This document shows, piece after piece, positions 36,601-48,960 of a stretch of DNA of 64,000 nt (positions are counted from its first letter, which is position 1; every line of letters begins with the position of its first letter). Below the pieces are notes generated by a model, which worked only from the letters and a program-made list of their open reading frames with translations, searched no databases and was not told the DNA's origin. The stretch is from Catajapyx aquilonaris. Taxonomy: Eukaryota. The translations under genes and the position numbers were made by a program. Location: the NCBI GenBank assembly GCA_000934665.2, contig KZ538130.1:1-64000 (forward strand). The letters are read 5' to 3'.

Positions 36601-39600
36601 AGGAGTGCATACCAGGAGTGACACAAGATCCACCATCGAGTTGGCTTTTGGTTAACTCGAGACAGACAGATCGCTCGGAGGAGGAGGAACAGGCATGGCC
36701 CCTAGTCAGTTGGGGCTGGGCAGGCAAACAAGGCAAAGGTTTTGGGGGTTCGAAAACTGATGTCGTGACGTCATCGGCGGAGCTAGCTGGCTGGCTCGGT
36801 CCGATGACGTCACCCGGCCGGCCTACCGATTCCAAAGTGACGTCGGTCGGCCTCTTTCCCCTTTGCAAGTGTGCTCCGCTAATTAGTGCATCTAGGGAAA
36901 TGGAGGCTGCCTGGGCTCACCTGATCGTCTCTCTCTCGACCAGATTCCCAGCTAGGCCTCCATTTCCCTTCTAGCGAAACTAGAAATGCCAAGCTTTAGA
37001 ACAAAGACACAATCGACGAAGGAGCTAGAAGGAGAAACTAAGGCTATCGTTGAAAGAATGGGAAATGTTGGGGCAGTTCCGCTCAAACTTACCATGGTGA
37101 CGTCATCAATTTTCGAAATACTTCGAACGTAAATGTTGACCGTTACGATGGTGGGGCCATCTATCAGAGGGGACGGAAACAAAGGCTGTTATCTGTGGCA
37201 GTGGTTTCGCTGATTTTTTTAAAAAAATATATATTTTTTTCTGATCAGATAGATCCTACACGTCAAGGCTGCAACCCTAATGGTTGCCTCTTTCTGCTAA
37301 TTACGATCAGTTGTTGGCAAGCAAGCATGCAAGCAAGCTCGTGGTGAAACCCAAACGGCTTTAACGATTCGCTCTAGAAGCCTATAAAATTATAGACGAT
37401 TGCCTCAACCGCGTCGCAAACGACCACAAATACATAGTTACGGCACTATTGTTCTCGTCCTTAGTTGGTACGCGCCTCCAACCATTCTGTCCCGTCTGCT
37501 TTCCATTGCCCGCTAATTGCCCCACCCAATTTCACCCCTATTTCAAGAGTCAAACCAACAAAGAGCCCTATCTACCTAACACCCCCTCCCCCCTATTTTG
37601 TCACACAGAACACTAAATACCTAGCCTACTGCAGGTCGTAAACGCCGACACTCTCTCGCATACTCACACTGAATCAAATATGGACCAGTACTGTTGGGTT
37701 CGCGACACGTTCAAAAATTCAGTCGCAACATGGCCTACTTTGCAGGTAATACTCTTGTCCAATAAAAATTGCAATTGGGTTGACACTGTGCAAGTGCATA
37801 TTGATCATGATGGCGTCAGGTGTGTCAGGTAGATCAATGATTAGAGGCCAACTTTATTTCCGGTTAAAACAGAGCAACCCGCATTGCTGAATGACTGCAA
37901 ATATGGCAGTGGTAGCATATGCAAAATTTTATTACATCACATTAAAGCCATATTGGTCGAGCGCCACCTAAGCCCCCCCTAAAATGGGCACAGTATGCAA
38001 AATAACGTCACTATTGGAAAATTGTCCGCGAGATGTTTCTCACCATAGCGAGTCGAATCAGATGATGTGTTGACGTTAGACCCCCAAGAAATACTGGTCC
38101 TTCAGAAAAGTCTATCCAAACCCGGAATCTTGTTACTCTCGAGTGTAGGCTTTTTTTCACCATATTTTTAATTTTTTTTTGGAGTTATTGTTTTAGGGTA
38201 GCCCATAGCATGATGACAAAATGAAATGGCTATCCACTCAACCCACACCCCACCCACACCACAACAACCGCTTTGCTGCCCTTACCTCCAGTAGCTGACA
38301 CGTTTGTAGTAGCAAACGGAAGATCAAGAAAAACAGAAAAAGCTTTTCGTTAATATCAATTAAGTTCGCTTTTACAAAGGGGGAATGAAGATTTTTTGGG
38401 GGGTCATAAATCAGTCGTCAAGTGCCAATGTTGGAGGAGGAGTCTTCTTTGTTGCTGAGGCAAAACAAGACGAGAAATTCCAGTCATTTTCCTCCTCCTC
38501 CAATTCACTTGTCAGTTGTCGGCCCGTAAAGAGGCGTGGCCCGTCCCATTTATGAAATTCCGCGTCCCTGCCAACCAGTCTATCTCCTCGGGTCTTTACC
38601 CATGAATCAGGACAGCAAAGTCTTCTTCCGCATGCAAACTGCCCAATCGTAGGCCACCGACTACACTCTTTTTTAAAAATTTTAATATTAAAAAATATCC
38701 AGCCCTCACTATGCATTTGCAAAAAAATCCTACCAACACCGCCTTTTTTTCGATATCCACATGTTCAAACCAAAACTATCAAGTCCAACAAAACTTACAT
38801 AGACATGCATTACATGCCAACTAACATTGAGGGAGCAAGAAAAAATCTACAAGAAAGTTCTTTTAGAATCACGTTCTTATTATTGCATGCTAAACGTGAT
38901 TCGAAACGAACTTTTCTTGCATCCCAAACACTTTTAATATACCATTTAGTACAATGTGATACTGTATGGTAATCAGTCCAACAGGAATTGTCGCAGCGGC
39001 AGCGCACGAACTACAATCTACGAGCAGAGACTGTAGTTCGTGCGCTGCCGCTGCGACAATTCTTGTTGGACACCAGGTACACAACAAAAGTTACTGGAGG
39101 CTTGGTTCACGTTGCGTGCTTCGTAAAAGTACATATGGCACGTTCCAACCCTGACCTTTTTTTGTTTTTCTTGTTATTGTGAGAAACACGACCTGAAGCA
39201 AACGGTACCCCCGCCGTACACTTCAGGGGTTTCTATTTTTTTTCAGGTCTATCTGGCTGGAAGAATCCCTGCCTGCCTCACAAATGGCCATTTCACGTTT
39301 CTAACTTGATTGCATTTATTGATCTAGCACTTGTGTGCAACCTGTCGTGCCTCTCGTCCATTTCATCTCACGTTCGTTTCTTCTCTAACAAATGTTTTTT
39401 TTCTTCTTCATACACTAACAAAAAGATGTCTTCAACAATTTTCTGGGAGCTGAAACATGTCGGCAGTGGTAATCCAAGCAGCACTTACCTATCGTAGCAA
39501 TGACCAGTTCACATGAGGTCAAGAATACAAGCTCCCATCTTCTGGCAAATACAATTTTTTTTTTTTTTTGCTACCCTAGACTTGTCCCATTCAAAACTTT

Positions 39601-42600
39601 TTTTTTGGCCCACTTGGCACAAGAATCCACTTCTGATAAAAGTGCAAATTTATACCAGGCTATAGTCGTGGTTTTTTTTAAAAAAAATAAACAAGGCCTC
39701 GAGAAGTGAAATCCACTTTTTGGTGCCTCTTTGTCTCCAAGCCACCAGCAAAGCCAATTCCAGAGGATTGGCAAGGATTCCCACGGACGATTACACCACA
39801 CTACCAGGCTCTATCAGTCAAAAAAAAAAAATGCCACCCAAAAGCAGTTTTGTAACACAGCAAGTTTTTTCTCGGATATGTGCAGCGTTGCACGCTCTCT
39901 CGTTGTTGCCACATTTCAAAAATATTTTTTTTCTCATCTCTTTTATTCCAAAAAAACAGACGGTCATGCTTAAATTCATTCTCGGACCACCTCGCACACA
40001 AGTACACGCCACGTGCGTAAAAATACACCGTGCAATAAATAATTAACTATAGAACACAACAAGTAAAAAAATAAATAATATACGGTACGTGTGGAAAACA
40101 CACATGCTATATACTTGGGCAGTCTGAAGTGAGGCAACATTGCGTGGGTTATGCTGCACCCGGGGGTCCACAGTGGAGCATAGGAATTGTGTTCCAGGAG
40201 CAAGGGAAAACCGGGTTTAAATTTGAATCAGGAAGAGGCCTGGGGGGTTCCAGCAGACAGAGAAAGAAGATATTTTGCTCGGATGTCCGCTAGAAATCAA
40301 GAGAATGATGTGCTGTCGTGGGGGGTTTGTCACATCGGCTAATTGCGCCCGATTCAAACTAGTTCAATTAGAGTGGAACGTGATTCACGCCATGTATTAT
40401 GCTGACTTGGGAGGAATTGCGACGCGGTTCTGGTATTATGCATTTGGTAGATATAAAATGCTTTTGATGTCGAGTCGCGCGTCTTTGATCGTGAAACATT
40501 CTTTTCAATTTGTAATCAAGAAGATACTGAATAGTCTTAGAATTTACAGTTCAAAATATATATATTGAAAAAAGTGATTAAGATCACTAAGATTGTTTCA
40601 ACTGCCGCGTTCCTGACTGGTGAGTTTTCAAAACGGTACATCTTTGTATTGGCGCAATATTTAGTACTTTTATACCTCAAAGGGAGCGTCCAGGCGTATG
40701 CTACAATTCATCAAACGATTGAGGCATTCAAATGACTTCAGTGGGTATTCACACAATTTTCGTGCATCAAAGGGCCGCTTCTTTTCGAACTGATGTATGT
40801 GAGATACAAAAATGGGAATAAAATTACACGCGTTTCCTATGCCCCCCTCTCCTCTACCCCCACCTCGGATTCTGTTTGACGACTTTCCGCGAACCTGTTA
40901 ATAGACAGAATAATCTACTATGCCGCATACACTTTCCCCCCCGTGTAATCAAATTTGGCGCTAACAAACCTATCGCTCTGGCCATTCCCGACATTCGCAC
41001 AGCACCGGGGACATCATTCTCCTTTCACTAGCTTCCAATATTTAAAAAAAAAAAAAAAAAAATCCCAGGGATTTTTCCTTTTTTTGGAAAATTGCACCGT
41101 GTGTGCCGCAGCGACAAAGATTACAAGGAACTAGAACGGCGATCGTTTCGCACAACCCTTGTTGTTTTTGGAAAACGAAATAAATAAAAACCCCGACAAC
41201 GCGTGCCTCGTTTTTGTCAAAATGGTCGAAAAAACCAGTCAACCATACCATACTGCGTGACATTCCAGGGGAGAAAAATGGCGGCCTGGCCTCTCAAAAA
41301 ATTAGCATCTTGTAATATTAAAAATGCAATCCAACAAAAAAAAAACACAACACTTGTTTCAATATGACGTTTGACTTGCAAATACATTCCGGAGGCTCGT
41401 GTGAACAAGTCCGCCATTTTCCCAGCACGCAGTGATGCCATTTTGTTGCTTGGCTGTGGACACCCTGCTCGAGAGTGGCTGGCTGTGTCGCAAAACTGCT
41501 TGGCGAGCGCCTTGCCAAGGTTTTCATATTATATATTTTTGGGGGCAAAAAATATATATACACATTTCGCTAGAAACCTTGGAGAGGAGGTCGCAACGTT
41601 CCTCTTACCTCGGTCGCCTTGGCAGCCAGTCGAAGAAGAGTCGCGGGAACAGGCAGACAGACAGACAGAAAGAGAGAAAGAGAGTGAAGAGAGAGTTTGT
41701 GATGAGAGGGTTTGTAGGGTAGGTTTTGTCAGCCTGGAGTAGAGACAGTAGATGTGCCAATAGAAGAAACTGCTTACACCATATTCTTTTCCAGGAGTTG
41801 GAAAATTCCAAGCAGTTTCCTCTACTTTGGACTGGTTTGACTCGGCTTACTGAACCCTGGCATTTGCAAATAAGGTTCCACGACAAGGGCACACCCACTG
41901 CCTCCATTAGCGAAGCAATCTGGCAGCGTGAAGCGGATTCGGCGTGGAGATTTCAAATGGGAACCAAGGGAGGTAGGGTCAAAGGTAAAGATAGGTCGGG
42001 GGCATGGGAGATGAAGAACAGGTCTCGGCCCAATTTGGAAGCTCCACAACCCCCTCCCCCCCAACAAATAGATCCATAGATATACGCACGTATATACAAC
42101 ATACTACGTACAGTACAAATATGAATCTATTCTGACAGAGCGAAAAGTTGCAGAAACACTGAAAAAGATTAGAGAAAAAGAACAGAAAATGTATGCTGTA
42201 TATGGACAGAACAAATATTCAACACAACAAGCGGTGCTTGGTTAAGTTTTATGAACTAGAAACTTCTTTTTTAGTCACGTTCTAAAACACCCGTGTTTGT
42301 GAATCAAAAAAAAATTGACCTACTTGCAGAAATCCATGAGGAAGAGGTAGAAAGTGACCAATAGAGAAATAGTGTAACAAGCAGGGCTGGGGAGCAATAT
42401 TTTCGTGGCAGTTTTGCACTTTTTTTTTGGTCGTTCTATTTTTCCTTCTTTTTTTGTCTTTTTTTATCAAGGTTAGAAGAAAGATTTTGCGATCCTTATT
42501 CTTCTTCACCATTAAAACGCCAATCCGTGGGAAATGGACCAATAATTTGGGAAATACCACGCCCCTTCCTGGTCAGCAATCACCATGATGTGATTCGGAG

Positions 42601-44332
42601 AGCAAACGTCTGTGTTACAAGCTAGCGAATTCCGCCCAAGTTATACGTTACATTATGCACAATTTGTTTGTCAATCGACTTGAATGTGAAAGATTCCAAT
42701 ACTTTATGTGTAATCCAATGTCAACTGGACCAGTGAACGATTGCAGTGAGTGAGAGAGAGGCTTTTGTTCTCATTGCTAACGCTGCAGTCTCGTTCGATG
42801 CAATTTACGCGACATTGGAAAAACAATTACTTTTCCTTAACGACGTTTGGTCACCGGAAAACAATCCAAGTTATTGAAAATCAATAGAAATCGAGTCGGA
42901 ATCACCATTTGGCAGTCGGTTCGACTTGCGTATGGAGATTTCGACCCCCCCCCCCTCCCCCCCAAAAAAGCACTGGCAACATTCATCTTCAAACAAACAA
43001 CTCATTAAAATCTATTAGTGCTGATGGGTTTTCCAAAATTCTGAAACGAACATTTGTTAGAAAAGGATTCACTTTGTTGACTTCCTACACTGCATAGAGT
43101 GGTACAAATTCAATGACTCTGGCTGCCGTTGGCGACCATCCTGCCTGCAAGCGACCGATTTAATTGAACGTTTCCTGTCACACCACTATTGGCAAGCCAA
43201 TTGATTCTCTTAAGGCTCTCTTGAATCACTTCAACATTTGCATCAATCGGCCGGTTGCTTCACTGGAGCTTTTTTTTTGGTGTCTTCTCCAAGTAGTACA
43301 CCCATCCCAATTGATGCTATAGTCATGCAAAAAAATTCCAGTGGCATTTACTAGCAAATAGGCAGCCTTCCATTTGATAGCAGCAGGCTCAGGTGGTTCT
43401 ACGGCAGCAGAGGCCTAGAACACCACCCAACACAATGCTGGAGCAGTCGAGCTGTGATCAAATGCTGTGTAGAATAGAAATGCTAAGGGGAATGAGACTC
43501 ACCCGTTCCATTGAGACCAGGCGGACGGATCTTGCTGTCGTAGCGTCCTTGGCCTAAGATTTGGTCCAGCACCTGCTTCTCCTTCTCTCGGTAGTTGATG
43601 CGCTGCTGGGTTGCTCTGCGGATGCCCCCATACATTTGACGTCAGCTTTGGCCCGTTACATTTTTACTAACATTATCCCTTTCTACACACTATGCTGGCT
43701 GCACTAATCAGCGGAATTCCAGAGGTGGTCGGTTTGGTTTGGCTACTGGCCTGCCATGTCTCAAAAGTCCCAACATTATGACCAAAAAACAGGGGGGAGG
43801 CCCGAAATGCTCCGAATTCTTGGGACGCTTACGGTTCTCCCTCCCTGAATAATAAAAAAGTAAATTAAAACCGGGGCTAGTCCAGTGTCAATAATGAAAG
43901 CTAATTGTGTTTTGGAAGGGGTAATAAGCTTCGTGTTTATAAATTGCGTGTGACGTAAGGCCAAGTCAACAACCCCTGTCAGTCCGCTGCTACTACTACT
44001 ATTACTACTAAGGGTACAAGATTCAAGTTAAGGTCCAGCCTTGTTATTAATTAATAGCAAAGCAAACTTGCATCTTGCTCCTAAGAGTATACTAACAATG
44101 CTGAAGACAACAAGTTGCGGGATGCCCTGAAACTGCATTTATTATAATGAGAAGGTTCACCGCCAAAATACTGCAGCTCTGAGTCAACGGGAGTTGACTT
44201 CCAACCCCGGGCAACACTTTGTGAAAAGCTAATCATCTCAACCAATCTCAACACTCACCGTCCGCTGGGACACAAACATAGCAGTAGCAGCGCAGCGAAG
44301 AGATGGACCGCTGCCAAGGATATCGGCTTCAT
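30683..44332 (-). CDS. GluCl: Glutamate-gated chloride channel alpha subunit (Cys-loop anion channel), 10 coding exons per isoform, 455 aa
   Basis: Exons 44332-44259 (signal peptide [24 protein letters not shown]), 43615-43503 ([26 protein letters not shown]), alternative exon 3 at 37160-37093 or 36313-36246, then 33534-33465, 33401-33248, 33182-33100 (Cys-loop [15 protein letters not shown]), 31826-31692 (loop [10 protein letters not shown]), 31622-31431 (M1, PAR motif, M2), 31370-31132 (M3), 30922-30683 (M4, stop). All introns are GT-AG with matching phases, and the exons total 1368 nt. The second Cys pair [13 protein letters not shown] and the tail [14 protein letters not shown] match arthropod GluCl as I recall it. 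Confidence 0.96.
36246..36313 (-). CDS. GluCl: GluCl alternative exon 3, DDYKM type (A)[22 protein letters not shown]
   Basis: 68 nt, acceptor gaacag, donor ATG|gtgagt, same phases, clearly paralogous to the 37093-37160 exon. It is too short for the ORF track. Confidence 0.9.
37093..37160 (-). CDS. GluCl: GluCl alternative exon 3, DDVTM type (D)[22 protein letters not shown]
   Basis: 68 nt, acceptor ctgatag, donor ATG|gtaagt, phase 1 in and phase 0 out, matching exons 2 and 4. Confidence 0.92.
38976..39071. repeat. 96-bp hairpin in GluCl intron 2
   Basis: About 40-bp near-perfect stem starting gtccaacaggaattgtcgcagcggcagcgcacgaactaca. Confidence 0.85.
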
Positions 44333-44502
44333 CTTCTGTTCTTCCTCAAAAATGGACAAAAAGGAAAAAGCTCAGTGACTATGAGAGCAGCATTAATATT
44401 AACATTCTCCCTTTTCCCCCCACCCACCCACTACCCTTTGTTCCACCCACATAATTATGTCCACACAAACATATTGGTACAATAATGTGTAATTCCAATC
44501 TG

Positions 44503-44627
44503 ATTGGCTCCAGCTAAGAATTCCGGCCACTCATTGGCGCCAGCTAAGAATTCCGGACACCTATTGGCTCCAGCTAAGAATTCCGGCCACTCACTGGCTC
44601 CAGCTAAGAATGCCGGCCACCCATTGA
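44503..44627. repeat. Tandem repeat, 4 x 30 bp
   Basis: Unit attggctccagctaagaattccggccactc. Confidence 0.92.
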
Positions 44628-47600
44628 CCCAGTACTGGAAATACCACCACTATACCGCTATACAAGCCACATGCAATCCGGCTTGAAAAATGAATCAAAA
44701 ACCTGAACCTGCCTTGCATCCGTTTGAATCCCCACTTTTTTCCCCCTGCTTAATTACATCCGATTAATTGTACCGTGCGACCTGGGCTTAAGGGAGCAGA
44801 CGGTTTGCGAGATCTGCTCCTAAATAATTCGGACAAACCTACGAGAGTGTAACAAGCCGACCTTATCCGGACAGGCGGAAAAGCTATGCGCCACAACGGG
44901 CGACAAACCCCGGCGTATAATTTCAACGCTAGTAGTTTCCAATCCCAATGACGTAAACCTGTTGGGACTTAGGTTAAATATATAAAACTACATCGTGGGA
45001 ATTTATAACCAAGTTTTTTTTTTGGTGGATTGGTATGACGTATTTTCTCATGTTGAAATATGCTTGGCGAGGTACCCTTTGACGGTCAACAAACCAGTAG
45101 GTCTTAATTTGGCGGGTGGTTCGTCGCCACATTTTTCAACTGTCTCCGGCGTACAATTACATCAGCCCGTACTGGGATAGGGAGGAACGGAGAGTAGGGG
45201 TAGAAATCGAACTAATTAAGCTTATGTATCCGAGTATGGTGGAAAAGGAGCAGTCGTGAGCAAACTGCACCAGGCACAGCTAATTGGAATTTCGGCGAGG
45301 CGGAAGCCACCCCCCCCCCCCAAAAAAAGCTGCTGGAAATGAGAAGGCTACACTACTTTTTTCCGTTTTTCACCCCCAAAAAATTATTACTTTGCTCCAG
45401 ATTCCATTTGTTTTTACGCTGCAAATTAAATAACGGTTCTGACTAGAAAATGGTAATGATGTGCCCGAATCGGTGCTTGGCTTCCAATCAAGGAGCATGT
45501 TGCTTTTGTTCAGTTTCATTGGCAGTTACGTCCGGACTAAAGCAGGCCACCCATGAATTTTAATAGGGTTATCTTCTTACTTCCGCTCTTCCTTTAGAAG
45601 TCTTAGCAGCGCTGTACATATTAAATCTGATCTTGTTAAGGACGTATTTCCTGCCGAACAAAGAGATGACATCACTTTTTTAGACTCTTCCTGACGAGCC
45701 AAACAAGCTCGTTAGAAAGGCTATTTTTGATGACACTCCAAACGCTACTTTCCATTTAGTTAATATTGACTGGTATATAGCTGAAATATAGCTTGTTCAC
45801 CATTTTAGGCCCGGTTGTAGAAAAGTAGACAGCGGAATAATGTCCACCTATTAACAGCACGTGCCACCTTAAATGGTCCGAAATATTAACCATAATTGCT
45901 ACTCTGTGATACAGTTGGTGTGGGTTCAATTTAATAATAAAAAGCTCATATAGATTTGCTGCTAACAACCAGAAACGATCAGGGTGGGAAGAAGCCAAGT
46001 AAGTTAAGCCCTTTATTAGATTTCCTTCCTTGAGCTATAGTGTAAGCAACACCTAGCACCTCAAGAAGGAAAAATGTAATAAATGGCTATCAAGGAATGA
46101 CCGCTCAATTCCATCTGCTCCTTAAAGACGTTTTCTCACAAATATCGAAATATAAGTACTTTAATATCAGTCCGAACTTATTTATTTTATAATATTTTAT
46201 TTTACATACCCCATACTGATTTGTGAGACTCAATTTCAGTTTGGGTATATTGAATGATTCCCGAAATAATAAGGTAAGCATGGATAGAAGTTTCCCAAAG
46301 ATGAAGCTATGTGGGTGTGTGGGTGTGTGGGTGTGTGGGTGTGTGGGTGTGTGTATGACTGAAGCAGTTTGCTCGGGACATCAATAACACCGACGTTTCG
46401 GGTTTGGTCGCAAGCCCGCACACAATCCCGGTGAGCCCTTTGACAAAATCACGCAATACAGGACGACTGCCAGCACAAAGCGGTACTTTTTTTTCTTCTT
46501 TTTTTATAGGACTGGGATCGGTGACACAGTCGAACGAGAATCACACGCTTTATATTCAATCCCCTACCCTCCCTACCCACGCCCTCACCAATTAAGTTTG
46601 AAAAGCATGCAATAACACATGCGCATCCCTGACACTCGTGGAAACAGTTTTGGTCACTCACTGATTCCAATAGGGCGTGCCTTGCATAGCCAATGAAATT
46701 CTAAATGTCAGATATACGAGTACTGTATATTATAATTATAAGAACCAGGATGTCAATCATTAATCGTTTCGATGACTAATTAGCTGTAATAATTAGAATT
46801 CCAATAGTAAACAAGCGACAGAGTGGTAGTTATTTTGCAAAAATTGTATGGAGTCAAAATTTTGGTTAGTTCTCGCCTTTGTGGAAACACAATTAGCATA
46901 ATTGGCCGTCAGAAGCGAATTTGTACGTTTAATTTCAGCGTGAGAGGCCTCCTTTTGCCCTGAGCACTGGATGCACAATATTTAGACACGAGAGCAGAGT
47001 ACAGACCACTGTCACGAAAACGAATTGCGCTTCAAATTGCACAGTAATAGTAAACAAGTCGAGCATTTCGCCCAGGCTTTCATTCCAAAATTGCAGAAAA
47101 TGATGAAAAGTGCACACGATTATTCTCTTGTCAGCATTTCAGCCTCTGCACACACAAAAAAGTAGAGTATTTTACACCGAGCGCATTATTTGTGCATAAA
47201 GCGCACATAACTGTTGTCTCATATACAGTACCATACGTTTAACAAATAAATCCTGCTAGTTAAGGCTGATATACGCACATAAAAGGGTTGACCTTTTCAG
47301 CAATGACGTCGCAAAGGCATTTTGATTCACCTTAAGTGGTCACTGATGAGCAAAGTACAGTGCACTGCTATACTGCGCTGCCAAAGCTCAAACAGAAGCT
47401 CTTTCACGCTCTTAACTGCAACCACAATGGACCACCATTGGTACCCCACCTAAGCCCAAAGACACTATCAAAAAACCGCTGTACTATGACCCAAACAAGG
47501 ATCGTCGCCGGTTATCCTGGCTTGGATGCAACCCATTGCACAGGTGTGTCCACAGAGGCCGAGAAAAGCAGATAAGGGATGGCGTCATAAGTATGGACCT

Positions 47601-47659
47601 GTGCAATGGGTTGTATCCAAGCCAGGATAACCCGTGATTATCCTTTTTTAGGCCATAGT

Positions 47660-47888
47660 CAGGGGCGGATCCAGAAATTTTTTCTGGGGGAGCCCAAGGG
47701 AACTTCTCTGGGGGGAGGGGGGAGCAGGGCTCGCCGCAAGCGAATTTTTTTTTCGGGTTCAAGGTCACAACCCTTCCTCGCGACCCCAAATTTGGGGTCG
47801 CAACCGCAAAACGGAAAAGAACCCATAGAACAGTGCAATTTTGCACTGTTCTAAAGGGTTTTTGCNCCCCCCCCTAAATCCGCCACTG
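47660..47888. mobile_element. hAT-like MITE
   Basis: TIR caggggcggat/atccgccactg, 8-bp TSD gccatagt. Confidence 0.8.
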
Positions 47889-48960
47889 GCCATAGTACTG
47901 TGCCGTCGATACAAAATCCAACTCCGAGATAATTCATGAAACTTGGAGGTGAGCTATGCAATTTTTATATCCCGAAAGTTCGAGTTGTAAAAGTTAGTAG
48001 ATCGGTACAATTCAGTACAATTAATAACTGAACAAGGATATAAAAAAGGGAAAGGTTTTGACGCAAGTACTGACGTCACGCTATTCCCTAAAGTGTTTCC
48101 CAAAAATAAAAGAAACCAGCTGACGTCATAATGGGAATGTGCACTTTTCTATTCCCAGCAGCCTCTCCCCATTGGTACCATCGGCGTTTTGTTGACAAAA
48201 AGCATGACCTTAAAGCGGAAGCACTTTGGTGACACTGTAGCGGAAATCTAATCGCAGCCCACCGAGTTTTGTAGTCCCGACCAACAGACGTCAGGCATGT
48301 GGGCATGTTGGTATTCACTGTAAATGCCACGCTGGAGTGCTTTTGCTGCGCCGACTAATTATTTTAGGCACTTGTACCGCATTGTGCTGCATGATGACGT
48401 CGTGCAAATCACATTTACTCCACCTTCGATTCCCGTATGGGAGTAAACAGGTTCGCTGATTGATCCGCTCTATGCACACTTTGCAGGTTGGATATTACTC
48501 GACACCCTCTAGTCTTTTGTACTATTTTGCTTGTAGTCAGTCTAAAATTTATATGCAGCTTATTCCAGTTAATTATAACACCTTAATTAAGTATAATCGC
48601 ATTTACGGCCTGAAAATTTCAGGGGGAGTTAAAATTAGGAGCACATGTTGCGACGGAATTAAGGAAACTAGGGGATTTGAAACCTATTCCGGGGTTTGGC
48701 TTGATCCGATCTGCTGGCATCCCGAATGGATCAGGAAAAAACAACGGGATCAATAATCGAGTTCTAGGTTGAGCCTACAACAAGAGATTCCGTTGCGATA
48801 TTGTATAAGTGCACCTAAACGCGTTTCATGTTGATATGATTTGAAACCTAATTTTACTTTCCGGGATTATTCAGAATTGTAGAATCTCAAGCGTTTTGAC
48901 AGTGGAATTCCGTCGCTGAAGATGAAGACTTGAAATGAGGTGAAAAATTTGTTCATATTA

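Noticed and set aside
38044..38099. 56-nt minus-strand segment ending ATG|gtgag, phase-compatible with the exon-3 slot
   Set aside because: Its peptide ([19 protein letters not shown]) lacks the VN/RSI loop-D motif and the acceptor is weak, so it is likely chance.
42714..42819. Imperfect long hairpin in GluCl intron 2 as pre-mRNA structure
   Set aside because: Its G-T pairs work on the plus strand, not the transcribed strand, so it is more likely a decayed DNA inverted repeat.
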